Shown: piece by piece, positions 13,254-28,300 of the stretch
Layout of the letters: each line of letters opens with the position of its first letter
Position numbering within the stretch: position 1 is the first letter of the stretch
NCBI GenBank assembly: GCA_964016885.1
Contig: OZ024740.1
Location: 301,196,001 to 301,260,000 of the forward strand
DNA length: 64,000 nucleotides
Reading direction: 5' to 3'
Source: Eledone cirrhosa
Taxonomy: Eukaryota
Notes under the pieces: model-generated
Database searches by the model: none
What the model was told of the DNA's origin: nothing
The model's input: the letters and a program-made list of their open reading frames with translations, nothing else
Translations under genes and position numbers: made by a program

Positions 13254-13441
13254 TATATATGTATAAATAAACTCAGTAAATTTCGTGTCTAAAATTACGA
13301 GGGTATAAGATACGACTAGTGTTTTAAATATGTAATCTTAATCATACAGTATGATATATTAATTTTATACTGACCGTATCAAAAACATTTCATCACTCCG
13401 AGAGGGTACCTATGGGTTAATATCTCTGTATTTATTTTATT

Positions 13442-13519
<78 letters not shown>

Positions 13520-13534
13520 TAAGCATGACATTGG

Positions 13535-14030
13535 TGATCATGTACACATATGCAGTTGATTCCTCTCAAAAATTAAATTAATCTACATATTAAAAGGGCG
13601 TCTGTTTTTCTTTATGAATGGTGCGAAGCCCTCTGAAGACAAATTAGTATTCAACATAATTTGTATTTAATGCACAATATTATGACAAATATCCTGAAGT
13701 TGAATTAATCTGCCCACAAGTATTGGGACGTCTCTGTTAAATATGTCGTATCAAACTGACGCTATAATCTATGAGGTAAATATACGATGATATTCCTTTG
13801 ATGGGGGAAAAGAAACATAAACTCCCTCTAGATACGTTTGAAATTTGAATAGGAATCTATGAAATATAACAGATGCTGGAAGATTGTATAAAGAGGTATA
13901 ACCTAAGTCAACAGAGCTCTGAAATATGGAGTCTGTGGCGCTGATGGTAGTCTAATATTAAATAACATATTTTAACATAACAACTGTATTGATGTTAGGA
14001 ATAAATTATGGAAAACTTGCCCGCACTACC
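13535..14030 (+). pseudogene. Possible decayed CR1/L2-type LINE RT 3' remnant
   Basis: Motifs in the expected order: YAVD (13549, YADD-like), KYWDV (13718, KYLGV-like), LWKT/LP (~14006, WNxLP-like). No ORF. Confidence 0.35.
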
Positions 14031-14610
14031 CAAAAGGCAACATTTACTTCAGGACAACATGCAACAAAACATCCGCAACAATCAATAGCAACTTTTCCAC
14101 GCCAACCTGGTGGTTACTACAAAACCGACGACATTAAAGCAGTTGAGGAAGATCAACTGGATATCTGAGAATTATCCGTGTGGAAAAAAACTACGTTATA
14201 CAAAAACAAAACGACAAATATACTAGAAAACAAATATTTGTTTAACAAGTGTCGCCTATATTAGACCGAAAAGAATAAATAAAAAAAAAATTGTTTAAAG
14301 TGAATCACCACCATTACTAAACAAATCACTGTAAGGATAGACACTTTTCCCAAAGGCTGCAGTTTGATGGCGTATAATCAATCTGCTACAATTAATCGAA
14401 CAATAAAAAAATGCAATGTTGACATGTAAATTAATTTATATATATACATATATATGTTTGTATGTGTGTGTGTGTGTATGTGTACGTGTGCCTGCACCTG
14501 TGTATATGTGCGTTTGTATGTATGTATATATATATGTACATATATGTATGTATATATATATATACATACACACGCAGATACATACATTTATATATCTACA
14601 TATATGTATG

Positions 14611-14661
<51 letters not shown>

Positions 14662-14889
14662 ATGTGAGAAAAACCACAGACCCTCCATCTCACCTCTACT
14701 TTAGAAAAGCAGAAGAACTGCGAAACCGTTAAAGGAACCAAATAAATATATATATATTTTTTAAAATAAGACTCGTTGCATGTTCGAGTATATATATATA
14801 TTTATATATCGTTGTATGGTTACATGAAATGTGCGTCCGTAGGCGTATACCGATTGAGCACTCTATGATCGCGCAGAGCAGAGTATAAT

Positions 14890-15202
14890 ACTATAAGAGT
14901 AAGGAACAAGAATTCAGTGTTGCATCATAATAATACATATGTTTCTCTGTCGACCATCTCGAAGCAATATCTATTATATATCGAACCTGTCTCTGCAATC
15001 GAAAGGTCGTCAGATATGCTTAGCATATGAGTTCGTCTCCAATTCAGAATCGGAGACCAACTCATATATTAAGCCTATCTGACGACCTTTCGATTACAGA
15101 GTCAGGTTCCATCTATAATATATCTTGTCTCGATATGATCGATAGAGAAACATATGCAATATTATGATACAACACTGAATCATTGTTCCTTATCTTTATA
15201 GA
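14890..15202. repeat. ~310-bp imperfect palindrome (MITE-like hairpin)
   Basis: ctataagagtaaggaacaa...gagttcgtctcc aattcagaatc ggagaccaactc...ttgttccttatctttatag; centre near 15046. Confidence 0.85.
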
Positions 15203-15214
15203 ATATATATATAA

Positions 15215-15299
<85 letters not shown>

Positions 15300-15653
15300 C
15301 GTGTGTGTGTGCGTGTGTGGGTGGGTGGTGTATATATTCACAAGCGTTGTACCATCAGAAATTTTGATTCTGATGCGCGAGCCTGCCTTGAATACATGAT
15401 ACTTTCTTTGCCAAGCGAAATCAGTTGGCTAGAAGGAAGCTAAAGATGTGATTACAACGCTATAGTTGTTTTCATTATTTTCCATTCTTCAACGATTTTT
15501 CACTTTTATATTATTCTTAATTCTTCGTGTAAATATTTCTATTCTATCACTCGCATTTCCTCTTTTCTTTCTCTCTCTATATAACTCTCCCATCTCTCCT
15601 CAAATGTTTACTCACTATTCTTGTCATTCATTCTCTCTCTCCCCCAATATGTC

Positions 15654-15698
<45 letters not shown>

Positions 15699-15719
15699 AC
15701 ACTCATGTATATCTATATC

Positions 15720-15750
<31 letters not shown>

Positions 15751-15780
15751 ATATATAATATATATATTATTATTACTATT

Positions 15781-15795
15781 ATCAATAAATAAATA

Positions 15796-15839
<44 letters not shown>

Positions 15840-15851
15840 TAATAATAATAA
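15781..15851 (+). repeat. (TAAA)n-(TAA)n tract, left boundary of the retrotransposon array
   Basis: Directly visible. Confidence 0.95.
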
Positions 15852-17940
15852 ATGGCTGTAAGGATCAGCTTCTAGTTAGCAAAATGATACTGGAAGATTC
15901 TCATAATAGACACAAAAATCTATCGATTGCTTTATATAGATTATAAAAAAGCATTCGATAGTTTGCCACACAGTTGGATTGAAAAATGTTTAGAGATTTT
16001 CAAAATATCCCCCGTTGTCAGGAGGTTTTTGTCATTCAGTATGAAGACATGGAAGACGACATTCCTTTTGAATAGTGAAACAAAATCACTGGAAGCTGGA
16101 GAAGTTAATATTAATTGTGGAATTTTTCAGGGTGACTCTTTATCACCGCTTTTATTCTGCATCGCACTTATACCATTAAGTAAAATGTTCAATGAAACAA
16201 AACATGGATATAAAGTCCATGACAAAACCATTAATCACCTGTTCTACATGGATGATCTGAAACTATTTGCAAAAAATGATGAACGATTGCAAAGGCTATT
16301 ATCCACTGTGGAGCAGTTCAGTGATGACATTAATATTGGAGTTTGGACTAGATAAATGCGCCAAAGCAACGTTCACCAGAGGAAAGGTGCTGAAGAGTTC
16401 AGACATTAATCTTGATCGGGAGGACGTGATAAGAGAACTTGATCAAGAAAAAACTTACAAATATCTAGGTGTTTGTGAAGGAGACGGAATCAAGCACTCG
16501 ACAATGAGGGAAAGGATAAGGAAGGAATGTTACCGCAGAGTAAGAGCAATCTTAAGAACGGAATTGAATGCAAGGAATATGATCGATGCCATAAACACGG
16601 TTGCCATACCAGTAGTAACCTACAGTTACAATGTCATCAACTGGTCAAGCACATGAGATCCGTAGGCTCGATACAAAAATTAAAAAATTCTTAACCATGC
16701 ACAGAATGCATCACCCTAAGGCAGATATAGATAGAATATATCTCCCTAGGAAAGAAGGAGGACGTGGGTTAATCCAGTTAGACATTACGTTGAAAACTGC
16801 AACAATTGGATTATCTACATATCTAAGGGAATCACATGATTGGATGATGAAACTCGTTTTGAAACACGAAAGCATCAAAAGATCATATTCCATTACAAAA
16901 GATGCACAAAGATACAGTAATGGACTACAAATTTCAGAAGTCCCATTTACTGCTGAAATGGAAAACACAGAAAAAGCAAAGCAGGTCAAAGTAACTGCAA
17001 AGAAAGAACTGCTACAGAAACTGGCTAAGAAATGGCAAGAAAAGCCTCTGTATGGGAAATATCCAGAGCGAGCTAACAATCCTGATGTTGACAAAACTTT
17101 AACCCATCAGTGGTTGGATCCTCTGGACTGAAATCGGAAACTGAAGGACTGATTATATCAGCACAAGATCAGTGTCTGCCAACAAAAAATTACCAAGCCA
17201 ACATAATAAAAAATGGATGTAGCCCATTATGCCGTGTATGCAAAAAACAACCAGAGACCATTGACCATATAATTTCAATGTGCAGTCCTATAGCTCCAAC
17301 CGAATACCTAAACAGGCATGACAGAGCTGCACAATACATACATTGGATAATGTGTAAGCATTTTGCCCTGCCCCATCAAAAGAATTGGTGGGAGCATCAA
17401 CCACCTCCCATACTTGAAAAAGATCACATCTCAATCTTGTGGAACTTTAGCATCCAAACAGACCGAAAAATAGATGCAAACAGACCTGATATAATATTGA
17501 AGGACTTTAAAAAGAGGGTATGCCTGCTAATTGATATGTCTGTTCCAATAGACAAGAATGTATCTATAAAAACATTTGAAAAATTGAGCAAGTATAAGGA
17601 CCTGGAGATAGAAATTGGAAAAATGTGGAAATTGAGAACTAAAAGAATACTACTGGTTGTAGGCGCTCTGGGAATGATACCTAAGGGGTCTAATGATTAC
17701 TTATCGCAAATCCCAGGAAACCCGCGTATAGGAGAAATACAAAAGATACTACTAATGGGAACTGCCCATATACTAAGGAAGATTCTGTCAATATAAGTAC
17801 ATCACAAGTCTAAACACTAAAGATGCATGTGTGAGTATGTATGTTCTTTCTTGAACATGGCGGACCTTGTTGTCTCTTGAGGTCACTGGTTGTGACTTGG
17901 TGATAACTCGTAAGAACATAAAGCAAGATAAATGCAACTG
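15852..17940 (+). mobile_element. A1: 5'-truncated R4/Dong-clade element, family A
   Basis: Starts at [45 protein letters not shown] and NRPDII..LLIDMSVP..EKLSKY (RLE) present. 3' end ...AAATGCAACTG followed by (TAA)n. Frameshifted. Confidence 0.95.
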
Positions 17941-17984
17941 TAATAATAATAATAATAACAATAATAATAATAATAATAATAATA

Positions 17985-19925
17985 AGAGATTTTCAAAATA
18001 TCCCCCGTTGTCAGGAGGTTTTTGTCATTCAGTATGAAGACATGGAAAACGACACTCCTTTTGAATAGTGAAACAATATTACTCGAAGTTGGAGAAGTTA
18101 ATATTAATTGTGGAATTTTTCAGGGTGACTCTTTATCACCACTTTTATTCTGCATCGCACTTATACCATTAAGTAAAATGCTCAATGAAACAAAACATGG
18201 ATATAGAATCTATGACAAAACCATTAATCACTTGTTCTACATGGATGACCTGAAACTATTTGCAAAAAATGATGAACAATTGCAAGGGCTATTATCTACT
18301 GTGGAGCAGTTCAGTGATGACATTAAAATGGAGTTTGGACTAGATTAATGCGCCAAATCAACGTTCACCAGAGGAAAGCTGCTGAAGAGTTCAGACATTA
18401 ATCTTGATCGGGGGAACGTGATAAGAGAACTTGATCAAGAAAAAACTTACAAATATCTAGGTGTTTGTGAAGGAGACGGAATCAAGCATTCGACAATGAG
18501 GGAAAGGATAAGGAAGGAATGTTACCGCAGAGTAAGAGCAATCTTAAGTACGGAATTGAAAGCAAGGAATATGATCGATGCCATAAACACGCTTGCCATA
18601 CCAGTAGTAACCTACAGTTACAATGTCATCAACTGGTCAAACACAGAGATCCGTAGGCTCGATACAAAAATTCTAAAATTCTTAACCATGCACAGAATGC
18701 ATCACTCTAAGGCAGATATAGATAGAATATATCTCCCTAGGAAAGAAGGAGGACGTGGGTTAGTCCAGTTAGACATTGCGTTGAAAACAATTGGATTATC
18801 TACATATCTAAGGGAATCACATGATTGGATGATGAAACTCGTTTTGAAACACGAAAGCATCAAAAGATCATATTCCATTACAAAAGATGCACAAAGATAC
18901 AGTAATGGACTACACATTTCAGAAGTCCCATTTACTGCTGAAATGGAAAACACAGAAAAAGCAAAGCAGGTAAAAGTAACTGCAAAGAAAGAACTGCTAC
19001 AGAAACTGGCTAAGAAATGGCAAGAAAAGCCTCTGTATGGAAAATACCCTGAACGAGCTAACGATCCTGATATTGACAAAACTTTAACCCATCAGTGGTT
19101 GGATCCTCTGGACTGAAATCGGAAACTGAAGGACTGATTATATCAGCACAAGATCAGTGTCTGCCAACAAAAAATTACCAAGCGAACATAATAAAAAATG
19201 GATGCAGCCCATTATGCCGTGTGTGCAAAAAACAACCAGAGACCATTGACCATATAATTTCAATGTGCAGTCCTATAGCTCCAACCGAATACCTAAACAG
19301 GCATGACAGAGCTGCACAATACATACATTGGATAATGTGTAAGCATTTTGCCCTGCCCCATCAAAAGAATTGGTGGGAGCATCAACCACCTCCCATACTT
19401 GAAAAAGATCACATCTCAATCTTGTGGAACTTTAGCATCCAAACAGACCGAAAAATAGATGCAAACAGACCTGATATAATATTGAAGGACTTTAAAAATA
19501 GGGTATGCCTGCTAATTGATATGTCTGTTCCAATAGACAAGAATGTATCTATAAAATCATTTGAAAAATTGAGCAAGTATAAGGACCTGGAGATAGAAAT
19601 TGGAAAAATGTGGAAATTGAGAACTAAAAGAATACTACTGGTTGTAGGCGCTCTGGGAATGATACCTAAGGGGTCTAATGATTACTTATCGCAAATCCCA
19701 GGAAACCCGCGTATAGGAGAAATACAAAAGATACTACTAATGGGAACTGCCCATATACTAAGGAAGATTCTGTCAATATAAGTACATCACAAGTCTAAAC
19801 ACTAAAGATGCATGTGTGAGTATGTATGTTCTTTCTTGAACATGGCGGACCTTGTTGTCTCTTGAGGTCACTGGTTGTGACTTGGTGATAACTCGTAAGA
19901 ACATAAAGCAAGATAAATGCAACTG
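17985..19925 (+). mobile_element. A2: 5'-truncated Dong family A copy
   Basis: Same motifs as A1; flanked by (TAA)n; internal stop and frameshift. Confidence 0.95.
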
Positions 19926-19969
19926 TAATAATAATAATAATAACAATAATAATAATAATAATAATAATA

Positions 19970-21899
19970 AGAGATTTTCAAAATATCCCCCGTTGTCAGG
20001 AGGTTTTTGTCATTCAGTATGAAGACATGGAAAACGACACTCCTTTTGAATAGTGAAACAATATTACTCGAAGTTGGAGAAGTTAATATTAATTGTGGAA
20101 TTTTTCAGGGTGACTCTTTATCACCACTTTTATTCTGCATCGCACTTATACCATTAAGTAAAATGCTCAATGAAACAAAACATGGATATAGAATCTATGA
20201 CAAAACCATTAATCACTTGTTCTACATGGATGACCTGAAACTATTTGCAAAAAATGATGAACAATTGCAAGGGCTATTATCTACTGTGGAGCAGTTCAGT
20301 GATGACATTAAAATGGAGTTTGGACTAGATTAATGCGCCAAATCAACGTTCACCAGAGGAAAGCTGCTGAAGAGTTCAGACATTAATCTTGATCGGGGGA
20401 ACGTGATAAGAGAACTTGATCAAGAAAAAACTTACAAATATCTAGGTGTTTGTGAAGGAGACGGAATCAAGCATTCGACAATGAGGGAAAGGATAAGGAA
20501 GGAATGTTACCGCAGAGTAAGAGCAATCTTAAGTACGGAATTGAAAGCAAGGAATATGATCGATGCCATAAACACGCTTGCCATACCAGTAGTAACCTAC
20601 AGTTACAATGTCATCAACTGGTCAAACACAGAGATCCGTAGGCTCGATACAAAAATTCTAAAATTCTTAACCATGCACAGAATGCATCACTCTAAGGCAG
20701 ATATAGATAGAATATATCTCCCTAGGAAAGAAGGAGGACGTGGGTTAGTCCAGTTAGACATTGCGTTGAAAACAATTGGATTATCTACATATCTAAGGGA
20801 ATCACATGATTGGATGATGAAACTCGTTTTGAAACACGAAAGCATCAAAAGATCATATTCCATTACAAAAGATGCACAAAGATACAGTAATGGACTACAC
20901 ATTTCAGAAGTCCCATTTACTGCTGAAATGGAAAACACAGAAAAAGCAAAGCAGGTAAAAGTAACTGCAAAGAAAGAACTGCTACAGAAACTGGCTAAGA
21001 AATGGCAAGAAAAGCCTCTGTATGGAAAATACCCTGAACGAGCTAACGATCCTGATATTGACAAAACTTTAACCCATCAGTGGTTGGATCCTCTGGACTG
21101 AAATCGGAGACAGAAGGACTGATTATATCAGCACAAGATCAGTGTCTGCCAACAAAAAATTACCAAGCGAACATAATAAAAAATGGATGCAGCCCATTAT
21201 GCCGTGTGTGCAAAAAACAACCAGAGACCATTGACCATATAATTTCAATGTGCAGTCCTATAGCTCCAACCGAATACCTAAACAGGCATGACAGAGCTGC
21301 ACAATGGATAATGTGTAAGCATTTTGCCCTGCCCCATCAAAAGAATTGGTGGGAGCATCAACCACCTCCCATACTTGAAAAAGATCACATCTCAATCTTG
21401 TAGAACTTTAGCATCCAAACAGACCGAAAAATAGATGCACATAGACCTGATATAATATTGAAGGACTTTAAAAAGAGGGTATGCCTGCTAATTGATATGT
21501 CCGTTCCAATAGAAAAGAATGTATCTATAAAAACATTTGAAAAATTGAGCAAGTATAAGGACCTGGAGATAAAAATTGGAAAAATGTGGAAATTGAGAAC
21601 TAAAAGAATACCAGCGGTTGTGGGCGCTCTGGGAATGATACCTAAGGGGTCTGATGATTACTTATCGCAAATCCCAGGAAACCCGCGTATAGGAGAAATA
21701 CAAAAGATAGTACCAATGGGAACTGCTCATATACTAAGGAAGATTCTGTCAATATAAGTACATCACAAGTCTAAACACTAAAGGTGCATGTTTGAGTATG
21801 TATGATCTTACTTGACATGGCGGACCTTGTTGTCTCTTGAGGTCAATGGTTGTGACTTGGTGATAACTCGTATGAACATAAAGCAAGATAAATGCAACT

Positions 21900-21900
<1 letters not shown>
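19970..21900 (+). mobile_element. A3: 5'-truncated Dong family A copy
   Basis: Same truncation point as A2, offset by 1985 bp; flanked by (TAA)n. Confidence 0.95.
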
Positions 21901-21935
<35 letters not shown>

Positions 21936-21936
<1 letters not shown>

Positions 21937-24900
21937 AGGAACCTGACTGTCAACCAAATACTGCTGATGTTGGAGGAAGGAGAAGAAGGAAAGGGGCCAG
22001 AACCAACTGGACGAAAGAATTGAATAGAACTGTTATGCAATGTTACCTGAAAAGTAACCCCAAGGAGAGGGGCTACAGGAGACGGATGCATAACATCTGG
22101 AACGAGATTGGTTTATTTAAATTAGATGAACAAAAATTGGCCGGGCAGGCTCGGGTAATAAGAACTAATGGATGGATAAGCGAGCTGGAACTGGAGGAAC
22201 TGAGCAGAGAGAATGGCTTGGAGATGGCGGGTGGAGTATGCCAGACAAGCGAGCCAGTGGGAAATGAAGGTGAAGAGGTCCTGAGAACGGAGGAACCACC
22301 CGAAGCAGACAATGATCTGAATACTGAGATAAATAATACCTGGAACAGAGATACGGCCACTGAGGAGATGAATGCTGACGGGCTAGGACAAGATTCGGTT
22401 GACATCCTAAATTTAGTGGTAGATGAATTGAACAATGATAGTGGGAGACCTATGAACCTAAGATTTGTAGACAGGAAAAAGTTAAAAGAAACAACAGCTA
22501 AGGTAAACAAAGTCATCCCATACCTTGAGGCGAGGAGCCTTCACCAGTGCACCAATATCCTCAAAGCAACAGCAAATACGGTGAGGAAACTACTTGGTAT
22601 AAAAGCGAGAGGAAACAACAGACAAGAAAGAGCAGAGCCATGGTGGAAGAAACGACTGTGTGGGCAAATCGGGGAAATGAGAAATGACATAGGAAAGCTT
22701 GAGTCACTACTGAATGGGACACTAAAAAACATAGACACTAAAAATAGACTGGAAATAAAATACAAAACTAGGAGGAAAAAGCTAAATATTATCATAGAGG
22801 AACTGAAGCAACGCATTGTAGCAAAGAGTGCAAAAATCAGGCGATACGAGAACAGAGTCAGTCAGTATAAACAGAACCGCATGTTCGACAACAACCAGAA
22901 GATGCTGTTTGGACAGCTTGAGGGGAAAGAAAGAGGCAACGACTTGATCCCTGGGGCGGAGCAAACTAAAACATTCTGGAGAGGAATATGGGAGCAGGAT
23001 GTTAGACACAATGCCCAGGCAGGGTGGATTGAGACAGTACAGAGGGAGATCGGTGAGCAGGCACAACAACAAACTGATTTGAGTATCACAGTTGAAACTC
23101 TTAAGGGGCAGGCCAAAAAAAAACCAACTGGAAATCACCAGGCCCAGATGGTGTGCAGGGGTATTGGATTAAACATTTAACATCCCTCCACCCGTAGCTG
23201 ACGGCCATGTTCAATGACTGCTTGGTGTCGGGTGAGGTGCCAGAGTGGTTGACAAAAGGTACCACAGTTCTGATAATGAAAAACCGAATCAAGGGTAATG
23301 ATGTTACCAACTATAGACCTATCACATGTCTGTCCGTAATGTGGAAACTGTTGACGAGCATTGTGTCTGAGGAAATCTACCATCACCTCCACACAAACAA
23401 CTTGTTACCGGACGAACAGAAAGGATGCCGAAAGAAGTCACGTGGTACAAAGGACCAGTTGCTTATTGATAAGATGGTAATGGGGAATTGCAGGAGGAGA
23501 CACACTGATCTTGCCATGGGATGGATAGACTACAGAAAGGCATTTGACATGGTGCCTCATTCCTGGATCACCAAAAGCCTGGAGATCTTCAGTGTGGCAG
23601 ATAACATCAGACAGTTGCTAGGCAGGAGTATGGGGTCCTGGGAGACAGAGTTGACATCAACTGCAGTATCCTTGGGAAGCGTGAAGATCAAGAGAGGTAT
23701 CTTCCAGGGAGATAGCCTGTCCCCTCTGTTGTTTGTCCTTGCCCTGATGCCCTTGACCATTATGCTGCGAAAAGTGAGAGCAGGATACAAGTTGGGAAGG
23801 GGAGAGCTTACCATCAATCACCTCCTCTTCATGGACGATCTTAAGCTCTTCGGGAAAAGTGAGAAGGAGTTGGATGTGCTTGTTGACACTGTTCGTATTT
23901 TCAGCAATGATATATGTATGCAGTTTGGTATTAGTAAATGTGGAGTCATTGTGATGAGGAGGGGTAGGTTGAGCAGAAGTGACGGGATCCAGATACCAAC
24001 AGGTGAGATGATAAATGAAATTGACTCTGAGGAAGGATACAAGTATTTGGGCGTTCTGGAGGCTGATGGCATAAAGAACAAAAAAATGAAGGAATTGTTA
24101 AGAACTGAATACATTCGGAGAGTAAGGAGCGTATTGAAGTCACATCTGAACAGCAGAAATGCCATAAGCGCAGTAAATTCCCGAGCTGTGTCTATTATTA
24201 GGTACAGTGCGGGAATTCTGAGATGGAATGTTGCTGAACAAAAAGAAATGGATAGGAAGACTAGGAAGCTATTGACTATCTACAACATGTTCCACAAGAG
24301 GAGTGATGTCGATAGACTCTACCTAAGGAGATCTGAGGGTGGAAGAGGTCTTATCAGCATAGAGGACTGTGTTCAGATGGAGAAAAACAACCTATACAAA
24401 TACGTGACCTATAGTAAGGAGCCAATGCTCAGAACTGTACTGAAGGAGGGGACAGTAGGCCAGGGGATGTCCAAGGAGGAAATAACATCAAGGAGGAAGA
24501 GCAGCCTTAAGGGAAAATCCCTTCATAGTACCTTCTTTGAGAAAACTGAATTTAGAGATCCACAGACATGGAACTGGTTGAGAAGAGGAGACCTCAAAAA
24601 GGCTACAGAAGGAATGCTAATGGCTGCGCAGGAGCAGGCCCTCAAAACGAAGTGGTTGAAGCACCATATCTACAAGGAGGAGGCTAGCCCACTGTGCAGG
24701 ATCTGTGGAGAGAGAGAGGAGACTGTGGCTCACATTGTGTCCGAGTGTAAACACCTAGCCCAAACCCACTATAAGGGCTGGAGACACGATGTGATGGGCA
24801 GGGTGATCCACTGGCACCTGTGCAAAGTAAACAATTTACCACATTCTGAGAAATGGTATGAGCATAGGCCAGAGGCGGTGATGGAGAACAATCAGGTGAA

Positions 24901-25350
24901 GGTGCTGTGGGATTTTAGGATACAGACGGACAAAAAACTGGAACACAATAGACCTGACCTGGTGGTTGTGGACAAAGAAAAAAGATCGTGTCTGATTGTG
25001 GATGTGGCCTGCCCGTTCGACACGAGAGTGCAAGAGAAGGAGAAGGAGAAAATTAACCGATACCAGGACCTAAAATGGGAGGTGAAAAGGATTTGGAACT
25101 GCCATGAAGTCAAAGTGATCCCGATTGTCATAGGCGCACTGGGGACTAACTCCAAAATTTTCCAGGGATGGTTAAAGAAAATCAGCCCCTTCACGCTTTT
25201 TGGAACGCTTCAAAAGGCATGCTTGCTTGGAACAGCAAGAACCCTCCGATACGTCCTGAATATCTGAGGCTGCAGGTAGTGGCTTGATATTCAATCCAAC
25301 GGACTTTCCAGTTAACCAACATCAATGACTGAGATTCAAGGAATAACAAC
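21936..25350 (+). mobile_element. B1: 5'-truncated R4/Dong-clade element, family B
   Basis: ORFs 22020-23180 and 23207-25267 with [66 protein letters not shown]. One frameshift (~23120) and one stop (~23195). Confidence 0.95.
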
Positions 25351-25384
25351 AATAATAATAATAATTATTATTATTATTATTATT
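25351..25384. repeat. (AAT)n|(TTA)n head-on junction, centre of the B1/B2 palindrome
   Basis: gaataacaac aataataataataa|ttattattattattattatt gttgttattc. Confidence 0.95.
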
Positions 25385-28300
25385 GTTGTTATTCCTTGAA
25401 TCTCAGTCATTGATGTTGGTTAACTGGAAAGTCCGTTGGATTGAATATCAAGCCACTACCTGCAGCCTCAGATATTCAGGACGTATCGGAGGGTTCTTGC
25501 TGTTCCAAGCAAGCATGCCTTTTGTAGCGTTCCAAAAAGCGTGAAGGGGCTGATTTTCTTTAACCATCCCTGGAAACTTTTGGAGATAGTCCCCAGTGCG
25601 CCTATGACAATCGGGATCACTTTGACTTCATGGCAGTTCCAAATCCTTTTCACCTCCCACTTTAGGTCCTGGTATCGGTTAATTTTCTCCCTCTCCTTCT
25701 CTTGCACTCTCGTGTCGAAAGGGCAGGCCACATCCACAATCAGGCACGATCTTTTTTCTTTGTCCACAACCACCAGGTCAGGTCTATTGTGTTCCAGTTG
25801 TTTGTCCGTCTGTATCCTAAAATCCCACAGCACCTTCACCTGATTGTTCTCCATCACCGCCTCTGGCCTATGCTCATACCATTTCTCAGAATGTGGTAAA
25901 TTGTTTACTTTGCACAGGTGCCAGTGGATCACCCTGCCCATCACATCGTGTCTCCAGCCCTTATAGTGGGTCTGGGCTAGGTGTTTACACTCGGACACAA
26001 TGTGAGCCACAGTCTCCTCTCTCTCTCTCCACAGATCCTGCACAGTGGGCTAGCCTCCTCCTTGTAGATATGGTGCTTCAACCACTTCGTTTTGAGGGCC
26101 TGCTCCTCCGCAGCCATTAGCATTCCTTCTGTAGCCTTTTTGAGGTCTCCTCTTTTTAACCAGTTCCATGTCTGTGGATCTCTAAATTCAGTTTTCTCAA
26201 AGAAGGTACTATGAAGGGATTTTCCCTTAAGGCTGCTCTTCCTCCTTGATGTTATTTCCTCCTTGGACATCCCCTGGCCTACTGTCCCCTCCTTCAGTAC
26301 AGTTCTGAGCATTGGCTCCTTACTATAGGTCACGTATTTGTATAGGTTGTTTTTCTCCATCTGAACACAGTCCTCTATGCTGATAAGACCTCTTCCACCC
26401 TCAGATCTCCTTAGGTAGAGTCTATCGACATCACTCCTCTTGTGGAACATGTTGTAGATAGTCAATAGCTTCCTAGTCTTCCTATCCATTTCTTTTTGTT
26501 CAGCAACATTCCATCTCAGAATTCCCGCACTGTACCTAATAATAGACACAGCTCGGGAATTTACTGCGCTTATGGCATTTCTGCTGTTCAGATGTGACTT
26601 CAATACGCTCCTTACTCTCCGAATGTATTCAGTTCTTAACAATTCCTTCATTTTTTTGTTCTTTATGCCATCGGCCTCCAGAACGCCCAAATACTTGTAT
26701 CCTTCCTCAGAGTCAATTTCCTTTATCATCTCACCTGTTGGTATCTGGATCCCGTCACCTCTGCTCAATCTACCCCTCTTCATCACAATGACTCCACATT
26801 TACCAATACCAAAACTGCATACATATATCACTGCTGAAAATACGGACAGTGTCAACAAGCACATCCAACTCCTTCTCACTTTTCCCGAAGAGCTTAAGAT
26901 CGTCCATGAAGAGGAGGTGATTGATGGCAAGCTCTCCCCTTCCCAACTTGTATCCTGCTCTCACTTTTCGCAGCATAATGGTCAAGGGCATCAGGGCAAG
27001 GACAAACAACAGAGGGGACAGGCTATCTCCCTGGAAGATACCTCTCTTGATCTTCACGTTTCCCAAGGATACTCCAGTTGATGTCAACTCTGTCTCCCAG
27101 GACCCCATACTCCTGCCTAGCAACTGTCTGATGTTATCCGCCACCCTGAAGATCTCCAGGCTTTTGGTGATCCAGGAATGAGGCACCATGTCAAATGCCT
27201 TTCTGTAGTCTATCCATCCCATGGCAAGATCAGTGTGTCTCCTCCTGCAATTCCCCATTACCATCTTATCAATAAGTAACTGGTCCTTTGTACCACGTGA
27301 CTTCTTTCGGCATCCTTTCTGTTCGTCCGGTAACACGTTGTTTGTGTGGTGGTGATGGTAGATTTCCTCAGACACAATGCATTACGGACAGACATGTGAT
27401 AGGTCTATAGTTGGTAACATCATTACCCTTGATTCGGTCTTTCATTATCAGAACTGTGGTACCTTTGTCAACCACTCTGGCACCTCACTGACACCAAGCA
27501 GTCATTGAACATGGCCGTCAGCTTCGGGTGGAGGGATGTTAAATGTTTAATCCAATACCCCTGCACACCATCTGGGCCTGGTGATTTCCAGTTGGTTAGT
27601 TTTTTGGCCTGCCCCTTAAGAGTTTCAACTGTGATACTCAAATCAGTTTGTTGTTGTGCCTGCTCACCGATCTCCCTCTGTACTGTCTCAATCCACCCTG
27701 CCTGGGCATTGTGTCTAACATCCTGCTCCCATATTCCTCTCCAGAATGTTTTAGTTTGCTCCGCTCCAGGGATCAAGTCGTTGCCTCTTTCTTTCCCCTC
27801 AAGCTGTCCAAACAGCATCTTCTGGTTGTTGTCGAACATGCGGTTCTGTTTATACTGACTGACTCTGTTCTCGTATCGCCTGATTTTTGCACTCTTTGCT
27901 ACAATGCGTTGCTTCAGTTCCTCTATGATAATATTTAGCTTTTTCCTCCTAGTTTTATATTTTATTTCCAGTCTATTTTTAGTGCCTATGTTTTTTAGTG
28001 TCCCATTCAGTAGTGATTCAAGCTTTCCTATGTTATTTCTCATTTCCCCGATTTGCCCACACAGTCGTTTCTTCCACCATGGCTCTGCTCTTTCTTGTCT
28101 GTTGTTTCCTCTCGCTTTTATACCAAGTAGTTTCCTCACCGTATTTGCTGTTGCTTTGAGGATATTGTTGCACTGGTGAAGGCTCCTCGCCTCAAGGTAT
28201 GGGATGACTTTGTTTACCTTAGCTGTTGTTTCTTTTAACTTTTTCCTGTCTACAAATCTTAGGTTCATAGTTCTCCCACTATCATTGTTCAATTCATCTA

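Noticed and set aside
15079-15125. ctgacga within the 14890-15202 palindrome
   Set aside because: No GAAA/UH in either arm.
16711-17094. Recurrent antisense ORFs in Dong and Tx1 copies
   Set aside because: Shadow frames of RT coding sequence repeated with the element; no independent evidence.
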